This document shows, piece by piece, positions 13,550 through 26,802 of a stretch of 64,000 nt of DNA. A program made the position numbers and the translations under genes. Position 1 is the first letter of the stretch; each line of letters begins with the position of its first letter. The DNA comes from Eledone cirrhosa (Eukaryota), in NCBI GenBank assembly GCA_964016885.1, contig OZ024751.1, positions 27,280,001 to 27,344,000 of the forward strand. Direction: 5' to 3'. The notes beneath the pieces were generated by a model. It had not been told where the DNA came from. It searched no databases and saw only the letters and a list, made by a program, of their open reading frames with translations.

Positions 13550-14760
13550 ACCTAACCTCTCACCATTAGAGTCAATGCAGTTTGTGAATCAGTTCAGTTC
13601 AGTGAACGTTCTCCCCTATATCCGCCCACTGTTCTACGGTGCAAAATTATTAGGACTCATTAAGCCCAACGGAGACCTGTACCCAGCTGTGGTTGGTTGC
13701 ACCCTCCGTCGTCTTACTGCAAAAGTGTTTGCTATCGATCTCAGACTCACTGTCAGAGGAATTTTCCCCCATCCAGCTAGGGGTGGGTACCAAGGAGGGA
13801 TGTGAGGTTACTGCCCACGCTACCAGAGATTTTAGCAACTTGCTCTCCATGTCCCCAGGGTCATCCTCAAACTGGACCCCAAGAACGCCTTCAACTCCGT
13901 CAGCCGCGATATTGTCCTCAGCTCAATAAGAGAGAGGGTCCCACAACTCTACCACTTTGCTTGGCAGGCTTATCGCGAGCCCTCCTACCTCTGTTTTCAA
14001 CAGGATGACCCCCCCTCAAACCCGCTCTGTTTGCACTAGGCATTGATGACATCACCAAGATGGGGGTTGATATGGACCTCAACGCTTGTTTGGGGGGACC
14101 TCCGGATAGGGTTCTCACCCCTGCTAACAAAATGACTGAAGAATTTGGCCGTCGGTGTGTCCAGGTCAATAGCTCCAAATGTGAGCTCTAGATTCTCAAC
14201 AACCCAGCTTCTCAACACCAACAGACAATCGACCTGTTTACAGAGTCCATCCCTTCCATTGCGATCCCTTCCTCGCTGACTTGGTGCTCCTTAGAAGCCC
14301 TAATTACAGATCTTGCCTTCGAGTCAACGTTCCAATCAAAGATGGTTGGCCTTGAGCAATTATTGAAGAACATTGAGGCAATCGAGTCCCATCAAGGTTT
14401 TTTCATACTCAGAAACTATCTTTCGATTCCTAAGCTTCTATATATGCTCAGGGTTAGCTCTTCTCACAGATTTTCGTGATGTCTCCAGCGCTTTGACGAT
14501 CTAATCTTCGAGAGACTCAAGTGCTTGCTCAATGTCAGAGTCCCGAGATCAGGCTGCGTTATCCAAGCGATTTGGTGGCCTTGGTCTACGTAAATGTTCG
14601 TCCCTCTCTCTCCCTTGCTTCCTTTCCTCCACCCACGCTTGCTCCAACCTGGTGAGCAACATCCTCTCCTCTCCAACATGGACTAGTTCTAACAGAGAGT
14701 TGTGCTTGTCTGTTTCTGACAAGGTGTTGGACAAACGGAGTCAGGCAGCTTGGAACACAT
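13550..14760 (+). mobile_element. Decayed CRE-clade non-LTR retrotransposon RT
   Basis: Frameshifted pieces: LFYGAKLLGLIKPNGD..P.VVGCTLRRLTAK, PIQLGVGTKEGCE, KLDPKNAFNSVSR, FGGLGLRKCSSLSLPCFLSS. Confidence 0.7.
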
Positions 14761-15221
14761 TGTCTCGCAATCCTCAACACCTTTGGTCTTTACATTGTAG
14801 AATATGTTTAAATTTCTTATTTTCTGTTTCCTTTCTTGGAAGGTGTACTTGTCATCTAGTTTCTCTCCTGTCCTCCAGGTAGTGTTCTCTACTTCCTCCA
14901 CCCTGCCATTCTTTCTAAGTCTGTATTTTGGCCTTAAGTGTCTCATCTACCTTACTGTTCCACCACCAAATCACTCTACTTCTCTTTCACTCTACTCCAA
15001 CCACAGATTTTGTTTGTCACCTTCACTAGGTTATCTCTCAGGAACTCCCATTGCTCCTCTATATTATATGTCTCTATTTGCTCTTCCTTACTGTCAAAAG
15101 CATCAAGCAACACACCTCTAAATTTATTACTAGTTGTGGGGTCCTTTAACTTCCATATTTTTCTCACCCAGGTTATCCTATGTTGTCTAGTTCATCTAGC
15201 CGTAACGATAAGGTTGGTAAC

Positions 15222-15258
<37 letters not shown>

Positions 15259-15567
15259 GCGAGAGAGAGGGTGTATATATATAAATCTGTGTGTGTTTGT
15301 GTATATTTCTACTTGTGTGTCAGTATATCAGTGAGTACGTTTTTACCACTAGATACATGACTGAGACAGAGGAGGAGAGATGTTTCTGGGAAGTAAGCTA
15401 TTCACCAGTTCCATGTGATATGTGTGACATTTGCACTTATAAGCATACACACATACACACATACATTCACACATAAACAGACACACATAGACATATACAT
15501 ACACACATTAACACAGACACACATACACACACACACATTTACACATAAACACAGACACACACGGACA

Positions 15568-15605
<38 letters not shown>

Positions 15606-15699
15606 AGGACACATACACCAGGGCACACACACCAGGACAGGACATATATAAGTATATATATATATGTTCAACTCCCCCATATATATATATATATAGTTT

Positions 15700-16690
15700 T
15701 GCGAGGTTTTTTATATGAAATCGTGTGTCGAAACAAATATTGTTATACTTGGGGAGGTCATATTTGTGTAATAATATTGCCAGAATTAATAACAGAACAC
15801 ACTCACTGTTTGGTTGGTTTTCGCTTCTGTGTCTTTTATATCGGTTTAATTGAATTTATTCGGTCCTCAATGTTGCCATTGACTGACCAACGGTCAAAAA
15901 TACAGATATAATATAGACACAAACACATATATATAGTCTAACAAAGTTCTTTCGTTGCACATATGCAACATCGTCAGTGGTGCTATTATGTTTCCTCCCG
16001 TTGTATTGTATGCCTACGCCATCTTTATTTAGTCTGTTTATTTATTTATGTATTTATTTATTGTCTTCCCTGCGCATGCGTTTGCGTGTGTGTATAGTGT
16101 TTTGTTTGATGTGTGTTCGTGTTTGGGTGACTGTGTATTGGTTATTATATTCTATCGTAGTTTACTAGTGTGTGTTTATATGTGTTTGTTGTTATTGTAA
16201 TTGTGTATGTATTTATTTATTTATTTATACATCTCTTAGGTCAGTGTTGTTTGTTTGGATGTTGTTGTTATTCCATTCATTTTTTCTGTTTAGCCTTGGC
16301 CTTCTATGTTCTATTTCGCTGGCCTCTCTGATTTGCCTATCTGCTGGGTCATTTCTATGTTTAGATATTATTCTAATTTCTATGTTGTCTATGTTACCGT
16401 CGTGTTGTCTGGCATGAAGAAAAAACAGTTCAGTAGTATACGACAAAAAATAAATAAATAAACAGACTAAATAAAGCCAACGGGAGGAAACATAATAGCA
16501 CCACTGACGATGTTGCATATGTGCAACGAAAGAACTTTGTTAGACTATATATATGTGTTTGTGTCTATATTGTATCTGTATTTTTGACCGTTAGTCAGTC
16601 AATGGTAACATTGAGGACCGAATAAATTAAATTAACCGATATAAAAGACACAAGCGAAAACCAACCAAACAATTATCAACTAATGTTTAC
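15700..16690 (-). mobile_element. 5'-truncated PLE: GIY-YIG C-terminus, 3' pLTR and inverted pLTR copy
   Basis: 16225-16415 (-) HARQHDG...RQIREASEIEHRRPRLNRKNEW; about 15807-16050 is inverted at about 16445-16672. Confidence 0.8.
15940..15983 (-). ncRNA. Minimal hammerhead motif in pLTR (inverted copy at 16498-16541 +)
   Basis: CTGACGA-TGTTGCA/TGCAAC stem II-GAAA-GAAC-TT; stem I weak. Confidence 0.55.
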
Positions 16691-16796
16691 AGGATCTATG
16701 TTGTTATGGCACCTGGCTATAAACAACCAGAGGGTCCATTGTTTCAACAACATCGAGGTATGGTCTTTAGCGTTTTGTTTGAGCCTCATCTAAGAA

Positions 16797-17700
16797 TGTC
16801 CTGTAATGATGGGGTAGATCAGTACCATAGTGAGGGTAGATGTCCTGTAATGATGGGGTAGATAAGTACCATACGAGGGTAGATGTCCTGTAATGATGGG
16901 GGTAGATCAGTACCATAGTGAGGGTAGATGTCCTGTAATGATGAGGTAGATAAGTACCATAGTGAGGGTAGATGTCCTGTAATGATGGGGTAGATAAGTA
17001 CTATAGTGAGGGTAGATGTCCTGTAATGATGGGGTAGATCAGTACCATAGTGAGGGTAGATGTCCTGTAATGATGGGGTAGATAAGTACCATACGAGGGT
17101 AGATGTCCTGTAATGATGGGGTAGATAAGTACTATAGTGAGGGTAGATGTCCTGTAATGATGGGGTAGATCAGTACCATAGTGAGGGTAGATGTCCTGTA
17201 ATGATGGGGTAGATCAGTACCATAGTGAGGGTAGATGTCCTGCAATGATGGGGTAGATCAGTACCATAGGTGAGGGTAGATGTCCTGTAATGATGGGGTA
17301 GATAAGTACCATAGTGAGGGTAGATGTCCTCTAATTATGGGGTAGATCAGTACCATAGGTGAGGGTAGATGTCCTGTAATGATGGGGTAGATAAGTACCA
17401 TAGTGAGGGTAGATGTCCTCTAATTATGGGGTAGATCAGTACCATAGTGAGGGTAGATGTCCTGTAATGATGGGGTAGATCAGTACCATAGGTGAGGGTA
17501 GATGTCCTGCAATGATGGGGTAGATCAGTACCATAGTGAGGGTAGATGTCCTGTAATGATGGGGTAGATCAGTACCATAGGTGAGGGTAGATGTCCTGCA
17601 ATGATGGGGTAGATGTCTACCATAGGGAGGGTAGATGGGGTAGATTATCCCCATAAGGAGGGTAGATGGGGTAGATCAGCCCCATAGCGAGGGTAGATGT
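16797..17700. repeat. About 44-bp minisatellite, about 20 copies
   Basis: Unit GTCCTGTAATGATGGGGTAGATCAGTACCATAGTGAGGGTAGAT. Confidence 0.95.
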
Positions 17701-18072
17701 CTCCAACTTTTACATCAAATACTGGTAACGTAAATATTTACAATGGAGCAACACGTTGGATCTTGTTGGTTGTTTTAAGTAGGATTACAGTTGATTGATA
17801 TTAGTGGTAGTAGTAGTGGTGGTGGTGGTAGTAGTAGTAGTAGTGGTGGTGGTGGTAGTGGGGGCGGTGGTAGTAGTGGTGGTAGTAGTAGTGGTGGTGG
17901 TGGTGGTAGTAGTAGGTTGTGGTGGTGGTGGTGGTAGTAGTAGTGGTGGGGGTGGTGGTAGTGGTGATGGTGGTGGTAGTAGTAGTAGTAATAGTAGTGG
18001 TAGTAGTAGTGGTGGTGGTGTGTGTGTGTGTGTCTGTTTGAATATGTATTTCTGATACATATATAACATAAT

Positions 18073-18256
18073 TGTTTCTACTTTTGGCACAAGGCCAGCA
18101 AATACCCAGTGTATTATTGGTACTTTATTTTATCGACCCCGTAAGGATGAAAGGCAAAGTTAACCTCGGCGGGATTTGAACTCAGAATGGCAAGGGCCGT
18201 AACTCTATGCGTCAAAGCATGGCGTCCGACCCTCTACCGATACTGCCAATCCACCA
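18073..18256 (-). mobile_element. tRNA-derived SINE with TSD
   Basis: A box TGGCAGTATCGGT, B box GAGTTCAAATCCC; TSD ATATATAA(C/T)ATAAT; central TTTCATCCTTACGGGGTCGATAAA segment resembles the MetaSINE domain (from memory). Confidence 0.85.
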
Positions 18257-18413
18257 ATATATAATATAATTAGTTCTGTATGAACAAGACATGGTCACCT
18301 GACCTACCATTGCTCACAACAGGACAACGCGTCCAACCCATACTAGTGTGGAAAATGGATGTAAAACGATGAGGAGAATGATTATGATGATATATATATT
18401 ATATATATATATA

Positions 18414-18692
18414 CTAGCTGATGTACCCAGCTTCGCCTACGTAAACAGATGATAAGAGAAGACAGGTAGAAAAGAAAATGACTGTTTTGGATGTTTTGTC
18501 AGCTGTACAGTAGGAGGCGAGACAAAAGAAAAAACAGTAAAAAAAATCTTCCAGATACACCAGATTCTTCGTTTTACCATTCAAGCACAGTATATGAAGA
18601 TTTCTAGATGTTCCCACTTCCCATTGTTGAGCCGTTTGGGATGCATAAGGAAAAAACAAACAGAAGGACAAAGAATGTATATATATAAGAGA
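18414..18692 (-). mobile_element. Non-autonomous Helitron-like element
   Basis: Minus strand begins A|TC and ends GGCGAAGCTGGGTACATCAGCTAG|T; inserted between A and T with no TSD. Confidence 0.55.
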
Positions 18693-18705
18693 TATATAAT
18701 ACATA

Positions 18706-20385
18706 CAGAGCTGTTCTGCTAGAGAATGGGTCGCAGGTGGTGGATAGCAATACGGCCACTAGATATGATGGCTAGTTGTGATATAAGCGGGCAACTGCCG
18801 GACGAATAAAAAAAAACCCAGACCAATAGTGGTAAACTACTAGGGGAGATGGAGCAATGGGTGAGACCTGCAGCTCCCAAGGAACTCTCACAACCCCGTG
18901 ACGTAGCTATGATGAGACGAGTAAAGGCCGTCTCTAAAAAAGTCTAGTTTTCGCGACTTTGACAAATTACCAGATTGGTGACTGGCATGAATAAGACCAC
19001 TAAAACTGAAACTGCAAAGAAAAACCATACCGCATCATCCTTGACGCGGGTTAACAGGGGATGCACCTGGCCTTAGGTGGAGGGGCTTGTTAGAAAAATA
19101 TATTGCAGTCTCCATTTCATGCCGCAAAAACTGGCAATGGGCCTGCGACCTGTCCTGGACACACAAAAGTTGTGTATCCTGAGTCCCCAAAGAGGGTCTG
19201 GAAGGGAACAAACCATAACAGTTGGTACCTAGAACATCGCAACCCTTACAGGTAAGGAGCAGGAACTAGTGAAGGAGGCTAGATGCTACCAGCTAGATAT
19301 AGCAGGGGTTTCCTCAACAAAGTTCCGTGGCTCTGGTACTCTAGATTTTAACGGAAGATGGAAACTCGACTATTCAGGTGTAGAGCCAGAAAGGACTACA
19401 CGGGAGGGAGTTGGGATACTCACACGCCCTCGGCTGTCAGAATGTGTTATGCACTGGATCCAGTTAGGAGGGAGGATTTGCTTCTTGAAGATAAACGCTA
19501 TGGATGGTGTAAGTTTATGCACCAAACAAGGAGACCAAATACAGGTCCATCCTTGATGAAGTCCCTGCAGCATTAGATGTAGTTAAGACCGAGTCATATA
19601 TCCTGATGGGAAACTTCAATGCACATGTTGGCACTGATGCCCTGACATGGAAAGGAGTGATTGGAAGAAATGGCGACCCCTGATCTAAATACGAAGGGAG
19701 AAGCCTTACTAGACTTCTGAGCAATGGAGTCTCTATTATAAACACCTTGTTCCAGCACAGAGACATCCATAAATATGCATAGTATAAGGGGAATCAGGGA
19801 CAGAAATCATAATTGATTTTGTAATTGTCTTTGATCTCTTCGATTCTGTGTTAAGAGAGGGGCTGAGCTGTCAACTGATCACCATCTAGTTATATACAAC
19901 TTGAGACTACCTAAAGCCAAAGAAGCCCACAAAACTAACAAGTCCAGAACGACCTATAGGATAAAATGGGAAGCATTGATGGATAAGGAAGTCAGGACCA
20001 GGTATGAAGATACTATTACATCCAAATTCAGAGAACTTCCTGAGCAAACAGGACGTTGAGACAGAGAGGTGATTGTTCAACGAAGCAGTTTCTGCTTCGG
20101 CAGTTAAATAGTGTAGGTGAAAGAGGCTTGGTGTGGCACCATATGGTAGGAAGACTCCTTGGTTCAATTAAGAGGTCAAAAATGCCCTCTACGCAAAGAC
20201 GGAGGCTTAAAAAACCTGGCTTGAAAATAAGTCCTTCTTGCATTTGTAGTACAAGCAGGTATGAAGAATCGTTACAGGGACAGTAAAGGTGTCCAAAGTT
20301 AAGACATTGGGGTTAAATTGGAATCTGACTTCAGATCAGCAAATAAAGTGTTCTGGCAGACCATCTGCCAACTTTGTAATAAGCT
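18706..20385 (+). mobile_element. RTE-type LINE 5' portion (5' UTR and decayed APE endonuclease)
   Basis: VGT*NIATLTGKEQELV...GVGIL...YAP...MGNFNAHVG...LSTDHHLV; UTR homologous to 57841-58385. Confidence 0.8.
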
Positions 20386-20389
20386 CTCC

Positions 20390-20665
20390 TCTATCACCAC
20401 CACTCCTACCACCACCACTACCACCACTCCCACCACCACTACTACCACCACCCCCACCACCTACCACCACCACTTACTACCACCACAACTACCACCACCA
20501 CTACTACCACCACCACTTACCACCACCACCACCACTACTACCACCACACTACCACCACCACCACCACTCCTACCACCACCACCACCACCACCACTCCTAC
20601 CACCACCACCCACCACCACACTACCACCACTACTACCACCACCACCACTACCACCACCACCACTA
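20390..20665. repeat. (CCA/CTA)n tract
   Basis: Direct reading. Confidence 0.9.
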
Positions 20666-20794
20666 CAGTAAACTAGGTTAAATATTTCCACATTGCCAAG
20701 AAGACAAAATTAACAAATAAATAAATAAATAAATGTTAAAATTTCACTTTTTTGTTTTCTTTTTCATATTTTGTCAATTTAACAGTTTTTACTA

Positions 20795-21990
20795 ACATTG
20801 TACTACCACCTCCACTACTACTGCTGCTACTACATTGTACTACCACCTCCACTACTACTGCTGCTACTACATTGTACTACCACCTCCACTACTACTGCTG
20901 CTACTACATTGTACTACCACCTCCACTACTACTGCTGCTACTACATTGTACTACCACCTCCACTACTACTGCTGCTACTACATTGTACTACCACCTCCAC
21001 TATACTGCTGCTACTACATTGTACTACCACCTCCACTACTACTGCTGCTACTACTTTATACTACCACCTCCACTACTACTGCTGCTACTACATTGTTCTA
21101 CCACCTCCACTACTACTGCTGCCACTACTTTATACTACCACCTCCACTACTACTACTGCTGCTACTACATTGTACTACCACCTCCACTACTACTGCTGCT
21201 ACTACATGGTACTACCACCTATACTACTACTGCTGCTTCTACATTGTACTACCACCTCCACTACTACTGCTGCTACTACACTGTACTACCACCTACACTA
21301 CTACTGCTGCTTCTACATTGTACTACCACCTCCACTACTACTGCTGCTACTACATTGTACTACCACCTACACTATTACTGCTGCTACTACATTGTACTAC
21401 CACCTACACTACTACTGCTGCTACTACATTGTACTACCACCTATACTACTACTGCTGCTACTACATTGTACTACCACCTATACTACTACTGGTGCTACTA
21501 CATTGTACTACCACCTACGCTACTACGCTGCTACTACATTGTACTACCACCTATACTACTGCTGCTGCTACTATATTGTACTACCACCTATACTACTGCT
21601 GCTACTACATTACACTACCACCTATACTACTACCACATCTACTAGTACTGCTACTACATTATACTACTATTACTGTTACTAACATTGTACTACCACCTCT
21701 ACTACTACTACTGCTACTACATTACACTACCACCTATACTACTACTACTACTACCACCACCTACACTACTACTACTACATTGTACTACCACCAACACTAC
21801 TACTGCAACTACATTGTATTACCACCTATACTACTACCACCTATACTGCTACTGCCTATACTACAACCACCTATACTACAACTGCTACTAAATTACACTA
21901 CCACCTATACTACTACTTCTACTACATTGTACTACCACATATACTACCACCTATACTACTACTACCACCTACATTACTACTACTACTACT
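20795..21990. repeat. 37-bp minisatellite that degenerates rightwards
   Basis: Unit ACTACCACCTCCACTACTACTGCTGCTACTACATTGT. Confidence 0.9.
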
Positions 21991-22690
21991 AACTGCCTAC
22001 CTACCTACACTAATACTACACTACCACTACCACCACTTAACTACCATCAATGGTACTTCCACCTACACCTCTACTACCATTACCACCTACACTACCACTA
22101 AACTGGGGCATCAATGTGGTGGTAATGTAGGTGGTAGAGGTGGTGGTGTTGGGGAGTGTGGTGGTGGTGGTGTAGGGGACAGTGTAGGTGGTGATGTAGA
22201 TATTAGTGTAGGTGGTGTTGGGAGAGTGTGGTGGTGGTGTAGGTGGTGATGGGGAGTAGTGTAGGTGTTGGTGGTAATGTAGGTTGTGGTGTAGGTGATA
22301 ATATAGATGGTGGTATAAGTGGTGGTGGTGTATGTCATATGGTGGTGATGTATGACATGTAGTGGTGGTGGGGTGTATGACATCTGGTGGTGGTGTATGA
22401 CATGTAGTGGTGGTGGTGGGCTGAAGGAAAAAGAGGGATGAGAAAAATCCTAAGGGAGAGGTGAGTGATGGTTAAGATGTTTTTCATATATTCCTACATA
22501 TATGACCCATCCAAATATAACATATATATATATATATATATAAATAACAGATTAAGTTTAAGCAAAGAATCGCTGCTTTCACCCTTAACGGGATCTTCTG
22601 AAACTCAAATAAATATTTGCTCTACGGTTCTTATATATCTGATATATATTTGTCCTTATCGAGCCCTCTTTGGATTTTAGTCTTCAAATT

Positions 22691-22736
<46 letters not shown>

Positions 22737-23152
22737 GGAGAGAGAGAGAGAGAGAGAAGAAACAAGGGGATGTGTGGTTACTTGATAAACTGTATTTAGA
22801 AATAAAAGGAAAGCACAAACGGGGGGACCATCCCTTCATTAGTTGTCTGCTGAAGGTCACGGACGTTTCAACGCATTAAAGACAATATGTCCAACTCCAG
22901 TGCGTCAATAACTTGTGGAAGTTATTGGGAAAGGAAAAAAATTAAACAGAAGGGAAAAAAAGAAAAAGAAAAAAACGCAGAGAACATACCGAAAAAGGGG
23001 GAGGAACACGAGAAGCACATGTATGTATGTAAGTAACCGGAATAGAGGGAGGGGGAGAGAGAGGAAGGGAAAGAGTTTTATATATATATATATTATAAGA
23101 ACAGATTAAAGTTTAAGCAAAGAATCGCTGCTTTCATCTTGTGTGTGTATTT

Positions 23153-23183
<31 letters not shown>

Positions 23184-24054
23184 ACTGTGTGTGTAAGAGT
23201 GTGTTAGCGTGTGTGTGTGTGTCAGTAATAGGTGTGAAAGTGTCTATCAACGACAAATTCAACAAAAGACAAGAACAATTAAAATGAACCAAAATGGCGT
23301 CTGGAGAGGTTTAAAGTAACTTACAGAGGAATAATGGAACAACAACAACAACGACAACTACAACAACAACTGTGATGACAGTGACAACAACAGTAACAAC
23401 AACAACGATAGGAAAACAAACGAAGACGTGAAAAGTGACGTAAATATAACAATTTGTTGAGACAAACAGGAAATGACCCCCCCCACACACACACACACAC
23501 CCACACACATACACACACACACACAAACAAACACGGATATATACATGTATATGTGTAAACTTACACACACACACAGTGGCATAGATATATACATGTATGT
23601 GTGCATACATACATATATATACACACACAAAGACACACACATACATACATAAATACATATATATATATATATTACATACATATATATACACACAAAGCTG
23701 CAGTTATATTCAATTGTTCAAAGAAATTAATACCCTCCCACCCGCCAAACAGCACCCTCCCCCCTGCTAGCCCCAAACAGTTACCCCACCCCCTCAGTTC
23801 GCCCCACCTTCAACTTTCTTTGTGATTTCTCTCTGTGAAGAGTTAACAAAAACCAAAAAAAAAAATACAAAATAATCAAAAAATTAAAATAGAATAAAAC
23901 GTAAAAATCAACAAAAGTCCAAAGAAATCATAAAAAAAAAACGAAAGAAGAAAATAAGTGGAAAAACTACATAAAAGATTTGGTGGAGAAGAAAAGAGAA
24001 TTGTTTATTTGTTTAAATAAAATGAATTTCTTCATTGAATTCGGTGAAACAATC

Positions 24055-24200
24055 TCTTTCAATGTTCCGTCTATTTCCGTACTCTTTCAATGTTTCGGCT
24101 ATTTCCGTACTCTTTCAATGTTTCGGCTATTTCCGTACTCTTTCAATGTTTCGGCTATTTCCGTACTCTTTCAATGTTTCGGCTATTTCCGTACTCTTTC
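24055..24200. repeat. 28-bp tandem repeat, about 5 copies
   Basis: Unit TCTTTCAATGTTTCGGCTATTTCCGTAC. Confidence 0.9.
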
Positions 24201-24725
24201 ACAATATTTTAATGTTCTTCTCTCCAATTGTTTCATAACGTTTGGCTTTTTAATGTTGTCAACTCAATTACATAATCGTATATATATATATATATATATT
24301 CATGTAACCTGTCTGGCCTCTTGTCATTTTACTCATGACTGTTTCTTTACGCGTTTATAGCAAGTGGGAAAGTCTCATATGCGGAGGGAGAGATTAACAT
24401 GTGATACAGTGGCCAAAAAAAGGGCTGTTTCCTTCGTAGCAAGTGAGAATCTCTCAAGAGGCGGAGAGAGAGATAAACATGTAATACAGTGGCGACAGAA
24501 GGGTAGTAAGGTGGACAGTGAGCGAATAACATATTTGCTAGAAAAAGCAGTTAGTACGCTCATGGTTAACTCGACCATAGGGGAGTTTGGGACAATATAA
24601 TAATGAAATACACATATTCATCTGTATATATGTATGTGGTGTCCACCTTAACAAGTTTTGCTCGATAACCGAAAGAGCCAAAATAACTAAAATAATTAAC
24701 TCCATAATCAGAGCTATTTATCAAT

Positions 24726-25103
24726 ATATGAGGAAATAATAGACAAAAATATACTTATATTTTCTTCAAAGTTTCAACTGCAGTTTCGCCGATCCGTGTG
24801 CACTGATTTCTGCACTATAAAAGTGCATCATCGCTATGAGGTGGATACGGCTTACCAAGAGACCGCTCAGAAAAAAGGACTGTTTCTTGACGCGTTCATA
24901 GCAAGTCAGAAAGTCTCATATGCGGAGGGAGAGATTAACATGTGATACAGTGGTCAAAAAGAGAGGTCTCTTGATAAGCCGTATCAACCTCACACCGATG
25001 ATGCACTTTTATAGTGCAGAAATCGGTGCACACATATCAGCGAAACTGCATTCAGGACTTTGAAGAAAAAATAGGTATATTTTTGTCTATTATTTCCTCA
25101 TAT
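24726..25103. repeat. About 140-bp inverted repeat carrying a degenerate hammerhead
   Basis: Arms 24726-24864 and 24965-25103; CCGATGA-TGCACT/AGTGCA-GAAA at 24995-25022. Confidence 0.65.
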
Positions 25104-25107
25104 TTTG

Positions 25108-25186
<79 letters not shown>

Positions 25187-25285
25187 CTGAATCTGTGTGT
25201 ACATGTATTTTTTCCGTTTATTTAATTCAGCCTCACTTTCAGTTTTAATAGATTTTAATTTCATATTTTATATCCATAACATAAA

Positions 25286-25359
25286 TATTTCATCTGATGA
25301 GTGTACTGGACGTTTCTGTTAAGATAGTCTAGGTTTCTGAAACCTTTGGTAATGGAATA
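25286..25359 (+). ncRNA. Type I hammerhead ribozyme
   Basis: TATTTCAT-CTGATGA(25294)-stem II CTGGAC/GTCTAG-GAAA(25339)-CC TTT GG-TA-ATGGAATA. Confidence 0.7.
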
Positions 25360-25466
25360 ATTATATTGTGTTGTTATTATGTAATTAAATAGCTCTGAAC
25401 TATACATTTAGCACTCTTCTTTCCATTACCTTTTCTATCGAAATACATAATATATATATATATATA

Positions 25467-25632
25467 TAGGAAAATGTTCAAGACCCCGACGGCAGAGCTC
25501 AAGCCGTTTCGACGGCTATTTCTGGACTTTCGGGGTCTTGAACATTTTCCTATTACCCACTCTACTACCCTAAGTATTGAGTACTCTGGTGCGTTATGGT
25601 CCATCTGGTTCCTTACCACACTTCCTTCGTTA
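25467..25632. mobile_element. Short fold-back unit of the family at 54885-55255 and 61657-61795
   Basis: Shared CCTATTACCCACTCTACTACCCTAAG...CTTCGTT(ATAT)n end. Confidence 0.75.
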
Positions 25633-25702
25633 TATATATATGTGTATATATAAACAAGAAGTGTAAGTCAACAGGTTGAAATTAACTTTTTTATTCATAT
25701 TC

Positions 25703-25761
25703 GCCGTTATATACATTTTGCTGATAACCATTATGCAACAGATATGACTTCATCAGACGGC
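25703..25761 (-). ncRNA. Degenerate hammerhead (GAAA to AAAA)
   Basis: Minus strand: GCCGT-CTGATGA...AAAA-TGTATA-TA-ACGGC. Confidence 0.45.
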
Positions 25762-25865
25762 TAGAATTTAAAGAGAAAAAACAGAAAAACATAACGATGG
25801 AATAAAGTTTGCTTCTGCTATTTCGATTTTTTGATATGCTCAGTGTTGAAGTTTGGAACTTACTT

Positions 25866-25914
<49 letters not shown>

Positions 25915-26309
25915 TATAATAAAACAAGTGTTCTATGACAACCACCTTATGTTAGATTTGGTTAGGAAGTTTTAATTTAGTATCTTTTTCCCTACACTTC
26001 TCTCTCACATCAGTATTAACAAGATGGTTAATCATCAAGCGAGTAGATCTCTCTCTCTCTTTGCTCTCTCTCTCCCTCGCCACTGTTATAATATAGTAGC
26101 AAGATAACGAGTATTATTGCCACAGTATATAACCTATATCAACAGTAATACTGTCACAATATATTTGTCTATGTAGCCGTGACCCCTGAGTCAGCGGATG
26201 TTGGGTATTTCTAGAAAGCTGATGGAGCCCAACTCTGTTCAGGTCTGAATTTCCAGAGAAGTGGAGAGAGTGAGAGAGAGGAAATGAGAAAGGGACATAA
26301 AGAAAGAAT

Positions 26310-26445
26310 CTACCCCAGTACTGGACTGCTACTTTATTTATCAACCTCGAAAGGGAAAGTTTAACTCGGCAGGATTTGAACCCAGAGTGCAACGAACCCA
26401 GTGAAGCATTCTATTGATGTTCGAACAACTCTGTCACCCCACACC
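26310..26445 (-). mobile_element. Diverged tRNA-derived SINE
   Basis: CTCGGCAGGATTTGAACCCAG (reverse complement of B box) and TTTATTTATCAACCTCGAAAGG. Confidence 0.65.
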
Positions 26446-26802
26446 AATATATGTTTACATCAAAAATATAAACATCAATATTGTAAGAGTACATGAACAA
26501 TATAAATAGTTTAATATTGATTTTAATTTATAAACCAGGTTAATTGGTAGTTTAAATATTGCGGTGGGGTGAGGTGGGAGACTGTGTAGTTGTTGGACAG
26601 TTATTAATGAAAAACATAAAATACATTGTTCAAATATGATTGTAATTATTAATTTAGATTAATGGAGTTCTAGAGGAAGAAGTAATCATGGAGGAGCTGT
26701 GATGACCCTACATGACTGGGGGTAGGTCTAGAGGAGGAGCAGACACTGAGGACCTGTGATGACCCTACATGACTGGGGGTAGGTCTAGAGGAGGAGCAGA
26801 CA

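Noticed and set aside
18160-18256. tRNA gene
   Set aside because: A and B boxes present but no cloverleaf; continues into a SINE body with TSD
22845-22915. Possible minus-strand hammerhead relic (also 38300-38345 on plus)
   Set aside because: CUGANGA core too degenerate to support
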